Source: Bacillota bacterium
Lineage (GTDB): Bacteria > Bacillota > Clostridia > Monoglobales > Firm-18
NCBI GenBank assembly: GCA_023228885.1
Contig: JALOAJ010000002.1
Coordinates: 53,955-117,954 of the forward strand
Length of the DNA stretch: 64,000 bases
Direction: 5' to 3'
Position numbers and translations under genes: made by a program. This document shows, piece by piece, positions 29,768-38,316 of the stretch; positions within the stretch are counted from its first letter, which is position 1, and every line of letters starts with the position of its first letter. The notes under the pieces are model-generated. The model was not told the origin of the DNA. It ran no database searches and saw nothing but the letters and a program-made list of their open reading frames with translations.

Positions 29768-30450
29768 ATATATTGGCTATTGACAGTTGCAGCAATGTTG
29801 CAACCTGCGCCATTGTTAAAAGCGGAATTCTTGTAGGCGAATCAGTAATTAACAATAAAAAAACTCACTCTGTAAAGCTACTCCCCTTGATAGACCAACT
29901 ACTAAAAGATACCGACACCGATATTTTTGAGGTTGACTATTACGCTGTTACGGTTGGCCCCGGCTCGTTTACCGGGCAAAGAATCGGGATTTCGACAATA
30001 AAAGGGCTTTGCCATGCTACGGGTAAAAAGTGTGTCGGCGTTTCAACGCTTGAGGCGTTAGCGCATAATGTGCCGTTAACTGATTTCTTTGTATGCCCGA
30101 TTATGGATGCCCGCCGTGAGCAGGTTTATACGGCAACATTTAAAAACGGAAAGCACATCGTAAAAGACAGAGCAATTGCCCTAACTGACTTGTTAGCGGA
30201 GCAAAAAGGGAAAAACACCGTTTTCGTAGGCGATGGGGTTGCTGTTTTTCGTGAAACAATAACAGATTTTATGGGAGAGTTTGCGCATTTTCCTCCGCTT
30301 AATTTTGAGCATTTGCGGGCGGGCAGCGTTGCGGCTATTGCAAAAGAACATATTGATTTAAATCTTGCAATAAACTGTCATTTGCTTACGCCGCTGTATT
30401 TGAGAAAATCACAAGCCGAAAGGGAATACCTTGAAAAAACACATAAATAA
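29764..30450 (+). CDS. tsaB: tRNA t6A37 biosynthesis protein TsaB
   Basis: ILAIDSCSN..., VTVGPGSFTGQRIG ASKHA-fold motif; follows tsaE with a 4-nt overlap. Confidence 0.88.
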   Translation: MNILAIDSCSNVATCAIVKSGILVGESVINNKKTHSVKLLPLIDQLLKDTDTDIFEVDYYAVTVGPGSFTGQRIGISTIKGLCHATGKKCVGVSTLEALAHNVPLTDFFVCPIMDARREQVYTATFKNGKHIVKDRAIALTDLLAEQKGKNTVFVGDGVAVFRETITDFMGEFAHFPPLNFEHLRAGSVAAIAKEHIDLNLAINCHLLTPLYLRKSQAEREYLEKTHK

Positions 30451-30629
30451 CGAAAGGAAACTTTTAGTTTTTTCAAACTAACTTGCCTTCGGCGGAATTT
30501 ATTACGCGTGCGACATTTTCGCCTTTGGCGAAACGCACATGCGCAAAGTGCCATTTAATACGCCTTATCCGGCTCACGATAAGCGCGTAGGCACAAATTT
30601 TAATATAATTTTGTGAGCCGGAAAGGCTA

Positions 30630-31097
30630 ATGGCACTTATTATGATAATAATAGGCAGCGACCACGGCGGGTTTAAACTTAAAGGAGAACTTAAAAACTT
30701 TCTTGAGGAAAAAGGGAAAACGGTCATTGATTGCGGCGTGTTTAACGAAGAATCGGTTGACTATCCCGACATTGCACAGCTTGTATGCAACAGGCTGTTT
30801 GAAAAGAAGGCAAGCTTTGCGGTTTTGATATGCGGGACAGGCATTGGCATAAGCATTGCCGCAAACAAAATTAAAGGCATACGAGCGGCTTTAATTTGCA
30901 ATGAGTTTTCTGCAAAAATGGCAAGCGAGCATAATAATGCAAATGTGGTATGTTTTGGCGGCAGAACAACAAATTTTGATAGCGCAGCTAAAATGCTTGA
31001 TGTGTTTATGACATCAAAGTTTCAAGGGGGAAGGCATCAAGCACGGGTTGATAAAATCATGAGTATTGGAGAATGCAACAATGAAAAGACGAGATAA
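30630..31097 (+). CDS. rpiB: Ribose-5-phosphate isomerase B
   Basis: IIIGSDHGGFKLK..., LICGTGIGISIAANK, RHQARV; the true start may be the ATG at 30642. Confidence 0.9.
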   Translation: MALIMIIIGSDHGGFKLKGELKNFLEEKGKTVIDCGVFNEESVDYPDIAQLVCNRLFEKKASFAVLICGTGIGISIAANKIKGIRAALICNEFSAKMASEHNNANVVCFGGRTTNFDSAAKMLDVFMTSKFQGGRHQARVDKIMSIGECNNEKTR

Positions 31098-31569
31098 ACA
31101 TAATTATTACTTAGATATTGCGCAAACAGTGCTTAAAAGAGGCACATGCCTGCGTCGCAACTATGGTGCAATTATTGTAAAAAACGATGAAATAATCGCA
31201 ACGGGATATACCGGAGCGCCGCGCCGAAGGAAAAATTGCATAGATATTGGCGTGTGTCGTCGTGAGCAGCTTAGCATCCCTCGGGGAGAGCGGTACGAGT
31301 TATGCCGTTCGGTACATGCGGAGGCAAATTGCATAATAAGCGCATCGCGAAATGATATGTTGGGCTCAACCATGTATTTAACCGGAATTGATGTTAAAAC
31401 CGAAAGCATTATTGAAGATGCGTCAAGCTGTGCCATGTGCAAGCGTCTTATAATAAATTCCGGCATAGACAAACTTGTTATTCGGAACACAGCCGATAAC
31501 TATACGGTTGTAGAGGTGCAAAGCTGGGTTGACAATGACGAAACGCTTGAAAATGTTTTCGGCTATTGA
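31081..31569 (+). CDS. comEB: dCMP deaminase (ComEB-type cytidine/deoxycytidylate deaminase)
   Basis: Zinc motifs HAEANCI and SCAMCKRLI; ATG 7 nt after GGAGAA (the track's TTG start at 31066 is an extension). Confidence 0.85.
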   Translation: MKRRDKHNYYLDIAQTVLKRGTCLRRNYGAIIVKNDEIIATGYTGAPRRRKNCIDIGVCRREQLSIPRGERYELCRSVHAEANCIISASRNDMLGSTMYLTGIDVKTESIIEDASSCAMCKRLIINSGIDKLVIRNTADNYTVVEVQSWVDNDETLENVFGY

Positions 31570-31660
31570 TTTTTAAAGCTAAACTTGCAAAAAAATAACG
31601 AAAATTCTTCTATCTTGTCAAAAGTTTTAGAACGATTTATCACCGCCTTGTCCTTTCTTA

Positions 31661-31790
31661 TGGTATAATATCTGCAAAGCAGATATTATACTTGCTCCGC
31701 AGGAACTTATGCGCCACCGGTATTTTCCTCACTATGTTTGGAAACGGCGATGCGCAATTATACCAAAATCCTTCGGATTTATGGTATAAT
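31661..31790 (+). promoter_or_regulatory. Two extended -10 boxes (TGGTATAAT), each embedded in a long hairpin
   Basis: GTATAATATCTGC-AAA-GCAGATATTATAC (31663-31691, perfect 13 bp) and ATTATACCAAAATC-CTTCG-GATTT(A)TGGTATAAT (31757-31790); TGGTATAAT at 31661-31669 and 31782-31790. Confidence 0.45.
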
Positions 31791-31817
31791 GAGCGTAACA
31801 TAAAGATTTAAAAGGAA

Positions 31818-32642
31818 GTGACAAATTTGGAGGTTTTATCAATATTTAAAAGCAAAGAAAGTAAAAACAAGCTTGTTCAAATACCAATTAAAGATATTTT
31901 AACCAATCCGCATCAGCCGCGCAAGGTTTTCTGCAACGAATCAATAAACGAACTTGCGGAATCAATCAGGCAGTATGGGCTTATTCAGCCTATAACCGTT
32001 CGGAACACAGGCAACGGAAAGTATGAGCTTATCGCCGGCGAAAGACGGTTGAGAGCTTGTATGATGGCCGATTTAAAAACAATCCTTGCAATAATTATTG
32101 AGGCTTCTAACTGTGACAGCGCAGCGCTTGCATTAATAGAAAACCTCCAGCGAGAAAACTTAAATTATATGGACGAAGCGGAAGGTTACAGCAATCTTAT
32201 TGTTGATTTTGGGCTCACACAAGAGGAGCTGGCGCAAAAGGTGGGTAAATCCCAGGCCACTATTGCAAACAAGCTGAGAATACTTCGCCTTTGCCCTCGG
32301 GTTAAAAAGATATTACGAGACAACGAACTTACCGAGCGGCACGCGCGGGCGCTTGTAAGGCTTGAATCAGAGCATGACCATATAAGAGCGCTTGACATTA
32401 TTTGCTCTAAAAACCTTAATGTGAAACAAACGGATGAACTTATAGATAGTATGCTTTCTCCCAAGCAAAGCAGACGGCAAAAAAATAAAAAAAATACAAT
32501 TCGTATATTTAAAGACATTAGAATTTTCGCAAATACAATCAAACAGGCTGTTGATATGATGAATCAATCGGGAATAAATGCCACCTCGGAAAAAACGGAA
32601 AATGACAACTATATTGAATACATAGTAAGAATTCCAAAATAA
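31818..32642 (+). CDS. noc: Noc-type ParB family protein (nucleoid occlusion protein-like)
   Basis: ParB N-domain NPHQPRKVF...IAGERRLRA; HTH GKSQATIANKLRIL; C-terminal DIRIFANTIKQAVDMMNQSGINA...YIEYIVRIPK resembles the B. subtilis Noc C-terminus rather than Spo0J; the start could be GTG 31818 or TTG 31827. Confidence 0.75.
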   Translation: MTNLEVLSIFKSKESKNKLVQIPIKDILTNPHQPRKVFCNESINELAESIRQYGLIQPITVRNTGNGKYELIAGERRLRACMMADLKTILAIIIEASNCDSAALALIENLQRENLNYMDEAEGYSNLIVDFGLTQEELAQKVGKSQATIANKLRILRLCPRVKKILRDNELTERHARALVRLESEHDHIRALDIICSKNLNVKQTDELIDSMLSPKQSRRQKNKKNTIRIFKDIRIFANTIKQAVDMMNQSGINATSEKTENDNYIEYIVRIPK

Positions 32643-32677
32643 CTGTTTTAAATTTATCATCCAAATTAAAAACAGTT
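32641..32677. terminator. Hairpin between convergent noc-like and gpsA genes
   Basis: 15-bp stem AACTGTTTTAAATTT / AAATTAAAAACAGTT (one mismatch), 7-nt loop, overlapping both stop codons; no strong T-run. Confidence 0.45.
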
Positions 32678-33682
32678 CAAATCAACATGCTCAGTTTCGC
32701 CTTTTTTTGCCCTTCCCATTAAATCGTCAACGGCATCGGAAGGGTTTTTATTTTCAAATAATATCTTGTGCGCCTCATGAGTTATCGGCATTTCCACATT
32801 ATATTTTTTTGAAAGCGCATATGCCGCACGGGTTGTCACAATTCCCTCAACAACCATTTTCACTTCTTGTGAAGCTTGCTCCGGCGTTTTCCCCTGCCCG
32901 ATTAAAATTCCCGCCCGCCTGTTTCTGGAGTGCATACTTGTGCAGGTGACAATTAAATCACCTATTCCGGTAAGCCCGGCAAAAGTTTCAAGCCTTCCTC
33001 CCATCGCCCTTCCCAAGCGGATAATTTCGGCAAGCCCCCTTGTCATAAGCGCGGCTTTTGTGTTGTCGCCAAACCCTAACCCTTCGATAATCCCGGCGCA
33101 AAGCGCAATAACATTTTTCAGCGAGCCGCCAAGCTCAACGCCAACTATATCACTGCTTGTATAAACCCGAAAATTCGGAGACATAAATAAATCCTGAGCA
33201 TACTGCGCTATTGATATATCCGGATGCGCCACAACATTTGTTGTAGGCAGCCCCTTGCCCACTTCCTCCGCATGCGAAGGGCCGGACATTGCCGCAACAT
33301 TTGCATTTGGGATTTCACTTTTAACAACCTCCGATAAGCGAAGAAGGGTTTTTTCATCAAACCCTTTTGAAATATTTACTATAACTTTACCGTCATTTAC
33401 AAAAGGAGCAAGTTTTTTTGCTGTTTCACGAACTGTCTGTGACGGCACGGCAATAACTATAATATCGCAATCTGACACGCATTTTTCAATGTCATCGGTA
33501 AAGGATATGTTTTTGGGCAAAATAACGCCGGGTAAAAACTGCTTATTTTCCCCATGCAACTGCAATGCGGCGCTTTCTTCCTTCAAAAAAGACCAAAGAC
33601 GAACCTTATGACCTTGCTCCCCCAACATATAGGAAAATGCAGTCCCCCAACTGCCCGAGCCTATAACTGAAATATTAGCCAC
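32666..33682 (-). CDS. gpsA: NAD(P)H-dependent glycerol-3-phosphate dehydrogenase
   Basis: ISVIGSGSWGTA Rossmann motif, GSLKNVIALCAGI, near full-length family match; GTG start 7 nt after GGAGG. Confidence 0.92.
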   Translation of the reverse strand: MANISVIGSGSWGTAFSYMLGEQGHKVRLWSFLKEESAALQLHGENKQFLPGVILPKNISFTDDIEKCVSDCDIIVIAVPSQTVRETAKKLAPFVNDGKVIVNISKGFDEKTLLRLSEVVKSEIPNANVAAMSGPSHAEEVGKGLPTTNVVAHPDISIAQYAQDLFMSPNFRVYTSSDIVGVELGGSLKNVIALCAGIIEGLGFGDNTKAALMTRGLAEIIRLGRAMGGRLETFAGLTGIGDLIVTCTSMHSRNRRAGILIGQGKTPEQASQEVKMVVEGIVTTRAAYALSKKYNVEMPITHEAHKILFENKNPSDAVDDLMGRAKKGETEHVDLNCF

Positions 33683-34271
33683 CGCTCTTCCTCCTTCCAA
33701 ACCGATTTTCTGTCCCTAACAAAAGGCGATGAATGTTTTGTCGGTGCATAAAGATGCTTAGCGCTGAAATAACAATCGAAAACAATAAAAACTGTATGTC
33801 GCCAAATCGAAAAATCAGCGCCATTATGGGCAGCAAAACAGCCCCGATTACAGACCCGAGCGACACATACCCGCTGATAAACATTATTGCAACAGATACT
33901 GCAAAAATGATAAGACCTACGCGCCAATCGCAAAAAAGGATGGAAACAATCGACACCAAAACGCCTTTGCCGCCTTTAAAACCGTAAAAGATTGGAAAGT
34001 TATGCCCGATTATAACGCTAATTGCCACAAAATATAACGCCTGCGGCGCAAATAAAAGGGTTAAACTCAGCGCAACAGCTGCTTTGAGCGCATCGCCGAC
34101 AAAAACCAATATGGCGGTACGCATCCGAAAACTGCGCAAAGTATTAGTAAACCCTGCATTTTTACTGCCGAACTGGCGCACATCTTTTTTTTCAATAAGC
34201 CTTGTTAAAATAATTGAAGAATTGATGCAACCGAGAAAATATCCTGCTATTGATAAAATAACATTTAACAT
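33675..34271 (-). CDS. plsY: Glycerol-3-phosphate acyltransferase PlsY
   Basis: FGSKNAGFTNTLR and GHNFPIFYGFKGGKG motifs; polytopic membrane protein; der-plsY-gpsA synteny. Confidence 0.93.
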   Translation of the reverse strand: MLNVILSIAGYFLGCINSSIILTRLIEKKDVRQFGSKNAGFTNTLRSFRMRTAILVFVGDALKAAVALSLTLLFAPQALYFVAISVIIGHNFPIFYGFKGGKGVLVSIVSILFCDWRVGLIIFAVSVAIMFISGYVSLGSVIGAVLLPIMALIFRFGDIQFLLFSIVISALSIFMHRQNIHRLLLGTENRFGRRKSGG

Positions 34272-34303
34272 CAGCTTTCCACCTTTTCATAAGATAAATG
34301 CGT

Positions 34304-35635
34304 CTATTGCGCGCTTTCCCTTGTTATAAACCGTATCGGTGTGCCTTCAAAACCAAAGGTTTCCCGCAGACGATTTTCAAGATACCTAAGATACGAAAAA
34401 TGCATCAACTTTTTTTCGTTTACAAAAAATACAAATGTGGGCGGTCGTGTTGAGGGCTGTGTGGCATAATATATTTTTAACCGTCTGCCTTTATCGGACG
34501 GCGGTTGCACCCTTGCAACAGCTTCGTTTATAACATCGTTTAACATTCCTGTTGTAATTCTCATGGAATTTTGGTCTGCCACATGCTTAATCATATCAAA
34601 CAATTTTTCAACGCGCTGACCTGTTTTTGCCGATATGAACATAACCGGGGCATACATCATAAAAGAAAAGCCTTTTTGAACATTCAATCGAAAGTTATCC
34701 ATCGTTTGAGTTTCTTTTTCAATCTGGTCCCATTTATTTACCGCAATTATACAGCCTTTGCCGTTTTCGTGAGCATATCCCGCAATCTTTGTATCCTGTT
34801 CGGTGACGCCCTCGTTCGCATCAATCATTATTATAACAACATTTGCCCTGTCAACCGCGGAGAGCGACCTTATAACGCTGTATCTTTCGATATTATCGTC
34901 TATCTTTCCACGCTTTCTCATACCGGCGGTATCTATAAAAAGATACTTATCATCGCCGTGTGTATAATATGTGTCAATGGCATCCCGCGTTGTGCCTGCC
35001 GTTTCGCTTACAATAACTCTTTCATGACCCAAAATATAATTTATAAGAGATGATTTCCCCACATTCGGTTTTCCGATAACCGCAACATTAATTGTGTCAT
35101 CCTCTTGTTCATCGGCAACTTCTTCGGGAAAATGCCTTATCACCTCGTCAAGCAGATCCCCAATACCCATGCCGTGTATTGCCGAAACGAGGTACGGTTC
35201 TCCAAGCCCGAGGCTGTAAAAATCGTACATTTCAACAGGGGGCTTACCCGGCGTATCAGCCTTATTGCAGCTTAGTACCACGGGCTTTCCGCTCTTTTGC
35301 AGCAGCAGCGCAACATCTTTGTCGCTTGATGTTACCCCCTCCCTTATATCCGAAACAAACACAATAACATCGGCGCTGTCAATCGCCGCTTGCGCTTGTG
35401 ATATAATTTGGTGCGAAAATTGTTCTTTTGAATCCCGCTCAATGCCGCCCGTGTCTATTAAAACAAAGTTTTTCCCGCTCCAAGACGAATCGGAATAAAT
35501 TCTGTCTCGCGTTACGCCCGGGGTATCGTCCACAATTGAAATGCGCTTGCCGACTATTTTATTAAATAGTGTAGATTTACCAACATTTGGTCTGCCAACT
35601 ATCGCTACAATTGGTTTTTTCACCTTGCTATCCAC
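34304..35635 (-). CDS. der: Ribosome-biogenesis GTPase Der (EngA)
   Basis: Two tandem GTPase domains (GRPNVGKSTLFN, GKPNVGKSSLIN) and a C-terminal KH-like domain. Confidence 0.95.
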   Translation of the reverse strand: MDSKVKKPIVAIVGRPNVGKSTLFNKIVGKRISIVDDTPGVTRDRIYSDSSWSGKNFVLIDTGGIERDSKEQFSHQIISQAQAAIDSADVIVFVSDIREGVTSSDKDVALLLQKSGKPVVLSCNKADTPGKPPVEMYDFYSLGLGEPYLVSAIHGMGIGDLLDEVIRHFPEEVADEQEDDTINVAVIGKPNVGKSSLINYILGHERVIVSETAGTTRDAIDTYYTHGDDKYLFIDTAGMRKRGKIDDNIERYSVIRSLSAVDRANVVIIMIDANEGVTEQDTKIAGYAHENGKGCIIAVNKWDQIEKETQTMDNFRLNVQKGFSFMMYAPVMFISAKTGQRVEKLFDMIKHVADQNSMRITTGMLNDVINEAVARVQPPSDKGRRLKIYYATQPSTRPPTFVFFVNEKKLMHFSYLRYLENRLRETFGFEGTPIRFITRESAQ

Positions 35636-36939
35636 TCCCTAATGCCGACCTTGCGTGCCGTTAAGGCTTTAAAAAATTTGCCTCCGTCATTTTCTACTAC
35701 CTTTAGCCGAACACCTATTTGTTGTTGCACCTGCAAAGGCGTCATGTCATCTAAAAACAATCCGTCAATGTTTAGCATACTTTTTGGTATCAAAAGCATA
35801 CTGCCCAAGTCTTTTCCTATTAGTTGCTTTATTAAATCACACCCGGTAATTAAACCGGATACTGTAATATTCTCACCGAAAAACTCATTTTTTATTGTAT
35901 AAACCTTTGCCTTTTCATTGCCCGAAAGCATGCCGACCAGCCCTTTAATAAAAGGTGCTGCGCTTTTTCCGGTTGCTATTGATAATTTTTGATAAATCGT
36001 GTTATTTGCAGAATTTTTGCACGCATTGTTAAATTCTTCGTTAAACGAAGCAACAAGACCTACCCCGTTTTCAATTTGCAAAAAATCCTCATATTCCTCA
36101 AAAGGGGGAACCGGCAGTTTGGCGCTGATATAAAACTCGTCCGAAGGAAAAACGAACCGTGTTTTTTTCTGCGACAAAAAATCCTTTTGCAATGCTGATA
36201 ATTGAGCAATAACAGCGCTTGAAGCGCCCTCATCAAAAATTTCAAGCTGCGGCAAACCTTCGCGGTGCGAAGTAAGCCCGACAGGAACTACCGACACGCT
36301 TTGAACATGCGGATAAAGCGAAAATAGCTTGCAAACGGTGTCATGGAGTGTCTGCCCGTCATTTATGCCTTTGCATAACACAATTTGACAATTCATCGCA
36401 ATTTTCGCCTTTGCAAAACGCTCCATAATTGCAAACACATCGGCATTTTTGTTGCTTAGCATATGACTTCTTGTTTTTTCATTGGTAGAATGAACCGATA
36501 TATTAATACGCGGAAGTCTCATTTTTATAATTTTGTTTATATCGCCGTCCGAAAGGTTGGTAAGGGTAATATAACTTCCGGTCAACATAGAAAGCCTGTA
36601 ATCGTCATCTTTAAAATATAAGCTTTTGCGCATACCTCTTGGAAGTTGGTCAATAAAGCAAAATATACATTTATTTTGGCAAGACATTGGGCGGTCGATA
36701 AGGTCTTCCTCAAATGTAATGCCCAAATTTTCATATTCGCTGTTTACTATTTCAATTTCCTCAACAACGCCGCTTGCTTTTTGCACCCTTAGCGTTACAT
36801 CTTCGCCTTCCGACAAAAATCTGTAATATAAAATATCAAATTCGCCTTCGCCGTTAACGGCTAATAGCGTATCACCTTTTCTTATCCCTGCCAAATGCGC
36901 AATACTGCCTCTTTTTACACCTTTAATAAGTGCTCGCAT
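35620..36939 (-). CDS. DUF512 family radical-SAM-like protein with N-terminal PDZ domain
   Basis: PDZ-like GSIAHLAGIRKGDTLLAVNG; CQNKCIFC (Cx3Cx2C); 16-nt overlap with der. Confidence 0.75.
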   Translation of the reverse strand: MRALIKGVKRGSIAHLAGIRKGDTLLAVNGEGEFDILYYRFLSEGEDVTLRVQKASGVVEEIEIVNSEYENLGITFEEDLIDRPMSCQNKCIFCFIDQLPRGMRKSLYFKDDDYRLSMLTGSYITLTNLSDGDINKIIKMRLPRINISVHSTNEKTRSHMLSNKNADVFAIMERFAKAKIAMNCQIVLCKGINDGQTLHDTVCKLFSLYPHVQSVSVVPVGLTSHREGLPQLEIFDEGASSAVIAQLSALQKDFLSQKKTRFVFPSDEFYISAKLPVPPFEEYEDFLQIENGVGLVASFNEEFNNACKNSANNTIYQKLSIATGKSAAPFIKGLVGMLSGNEKAKVYTIKNEFFGENITVSGLITGCDLIKQLIGKDLGSMLLIPKSMLNIDGLFLDDMTPLQVQQQIGVRLKVVENDGGKFFKALTARKVGIREWIAR

Positions 36940-36954
36940 TGCTATCTCCGCCTT

Positions 36955-36988
36955 GAAAAAAGAGCCGTAATGCTTTTTTGCAACGGCC
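36955..36988 (-). terminator. Rho-independent terminator after rpmF
   Basis: On the minus strand GCCGTTGC-AAAAAA-GCATTACGGC followed by TCTTTTTT. Confidence 0.55.
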
Positions 36989-36996
36989 CCTTTAAT

Positions 36997-37176
36997 TTAA
37001 GCATCTTTTTTTAAAATCTCTTTGCCCTTGTAGTAACCGCAAGCTCCACACACTCTGTGAGGCAATTTAAACTCGTGGCATTGCGGGCAAGAAACAAGAC
37101 CCGGCAAAGAAAGCTTCCAATGAGCCCGCCTGCTGTTTCGTTTTTGTTTTGAGACCCTTCTTTTTGGTACTGCCAT
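36997..37176 (-). CDS. rpmF: 50S ribosomal protein L32
   Basis: [21 protein letters not shown] with the CPQC...CGAC zinc ribbon; the track start at 37197 is an upstream extension. Confidence 0.93.
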   Translation of the reverse strand: MAVPKRRVSKQKRNSRRAHWKLSLPGLVSCPQCHEFKLPHRVCGACGYYKGKEILKKDA

Positions 37177-37196
37177 TAATTTCACCTCCGAAACCA

Positions 37197-37646
37197 TTAA
37201 TCAAGCAACTTTTTTAATATCGAAAGCCTTTCATCTATTGCCTCATCGTTGCATTTGCATTGACCCTTGTTCAAGTCCATTCCGCATTCGGAACAAAGAC
37301 CTTTGCAATCAGAACGGCATAAAAACCTTAAAGGCATATTAAGGTAGATATTTTGTAACGCTATGTTTCCAATATCCAGCAAAGAACCCTTTAGGTTTTC
37401 GTCATCCTCGACTTTCTCTTTAATATCAAATTCGATTTTTTCAACTGCCTCTCCTAAGCACCTTGCGCAAACAGCGGATAAATCAGCCGAAACACGCATA
37501 TCAAGCTGCAAACTGCCCAAAACATTAGTAACTTTGCCCAAAGCGTTTGCGTTTATGCGCAAATCCTTTTCCTTTTGGGTTATTTCAAAGTCAAAAGGGG
37601 TTTTAAAACCATCATTGCCAATTAAAAAAGTTAAATCGATTTTCAT
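37197..37646 (-). CDS. yceD: YceD/DUF177 family protein (23S rRNA accumulation protein)
   Basis: C-terminal cysteine motif [23 protein letters not shown]; conserved position upstream of rpmF; start MKIDL at 37646 (the longer track ORF runs through the promoter). Confidence 0.8.
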   Translation of the reverse strand: MKIDLTFLIGNDGFKTPFDFEITQKEKDLRINANALGKVTNVLGSLQLDMRVSADLSAVCARCLGEAVEKIEFDIKEKVEDDENLKGSLLDIGNIALQNIYLNMPLRFLCRSDCKGLCSECGMDLNKGQCKCNDEAIDERLSILKKLLD

Positions 37647-37653
37647 AAGTGAT

Positions 37654-37682
37654 ATTATATAATTGTTCGACCGTTTTGTCAA
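37654..37682 (-). promoter_or_regulatory. Consensus sigma-A promoter of yceD-rpmF
   Basis: On the minus strand TTGACA-17 nt-TATAAT, with only 7 nt (ATCACTT) between the -10 box and the yceD ATG. Confidence 0.6.
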
Positions 37683-37833
37683 TGAAAATTTTAAGGTTTG
37701 CCTTTTTTTCTGCAATACGCATATTACAATCTTATATTGTGATAATCTACACAAAAATGTGTTTGTATTTTTAAGCAAATTATGTTACAATGTCTGTTAT
37801 AAAATTCAATATTAAAACGAGGTGTGAACAAGC

Positions 37834-38316
37834 ATGCAGGAAAAAATTCTTAGGTTGTTGGAAAACGACGGAAATTACACCAACGAACAATTGGCAACAA
37901 TGCTCGATACTACACCGCAAAAGATTGCGGAGCAAATTGCCAAGATGAGGGAAAAAGGAATAATACTTAAATATAGCGCGATAATTGATTGGGAAAAGAC
38001 AAACAGGGAATTCGTAACCGCCCGAATTGAGCTTCGTGTGACCCCGCAACGAGGTGAAGGCTTTGATAAGGTTGCCGAAAGGATTTACCAATACCCGCAG
38101 GTTAAGAGCGTTTATCTTATGTCGGGCGGATATGATTTAGGGGTTACCATTGAAGGTAAAACTATGAAAGAGGTTGCTCTTTTTGTTGCTGAAAAGCTTG
38201 CGCCCATGGAATCCGTCGTTTCGACCAAAACCCACTTTGTGCTAAAAAAATATAAGCAAAACGGGGTAATATTTTGCAAACCCCAAAAGGATGAAAGGCG
38301 TGTGATTACCCTGTGA
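37834..38316 (+). CDS. Lrp/AsnC family transcriptional regulator
   Basis: N-terminal wHTH (ILRLLENDGNYTNEQLATMLDTTPQKIAEQIAKM) and C-terminal RAM domain; extended -10 TGTTACAAT upstream. Confidence 0.88.
   Translation: MQEKILRLLENDGNYTNEQLATMLDTTPQKIAEQIAKMREKGIILKYSAIIDWEKTNREFVTARIELRVTPQRGEGFDKVAERIYQYPQVKSVYLMSGGYDLGVTIEGKTMKEVALFVAEKLAPMESVVSTKTHFVLKKYKQNGVIFCKPQKDERRVITL

Noticed and set aside
33421-33435. parS-like half-sites (TGTTTCACG at 33422 inside gpsA; GTGAAACA at 32421 inside the noc-like gene) and a CCCCGGG-centred near-palindrome at 15939-15951.
   Set aside because: Only one half of the 16-bp parS is present in each case. The 15939 sequence is imperfect (CCCC/GGG) and does not resemble the ATTTCCCGGGAAAT Noc site. 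All are inside coding sequence.
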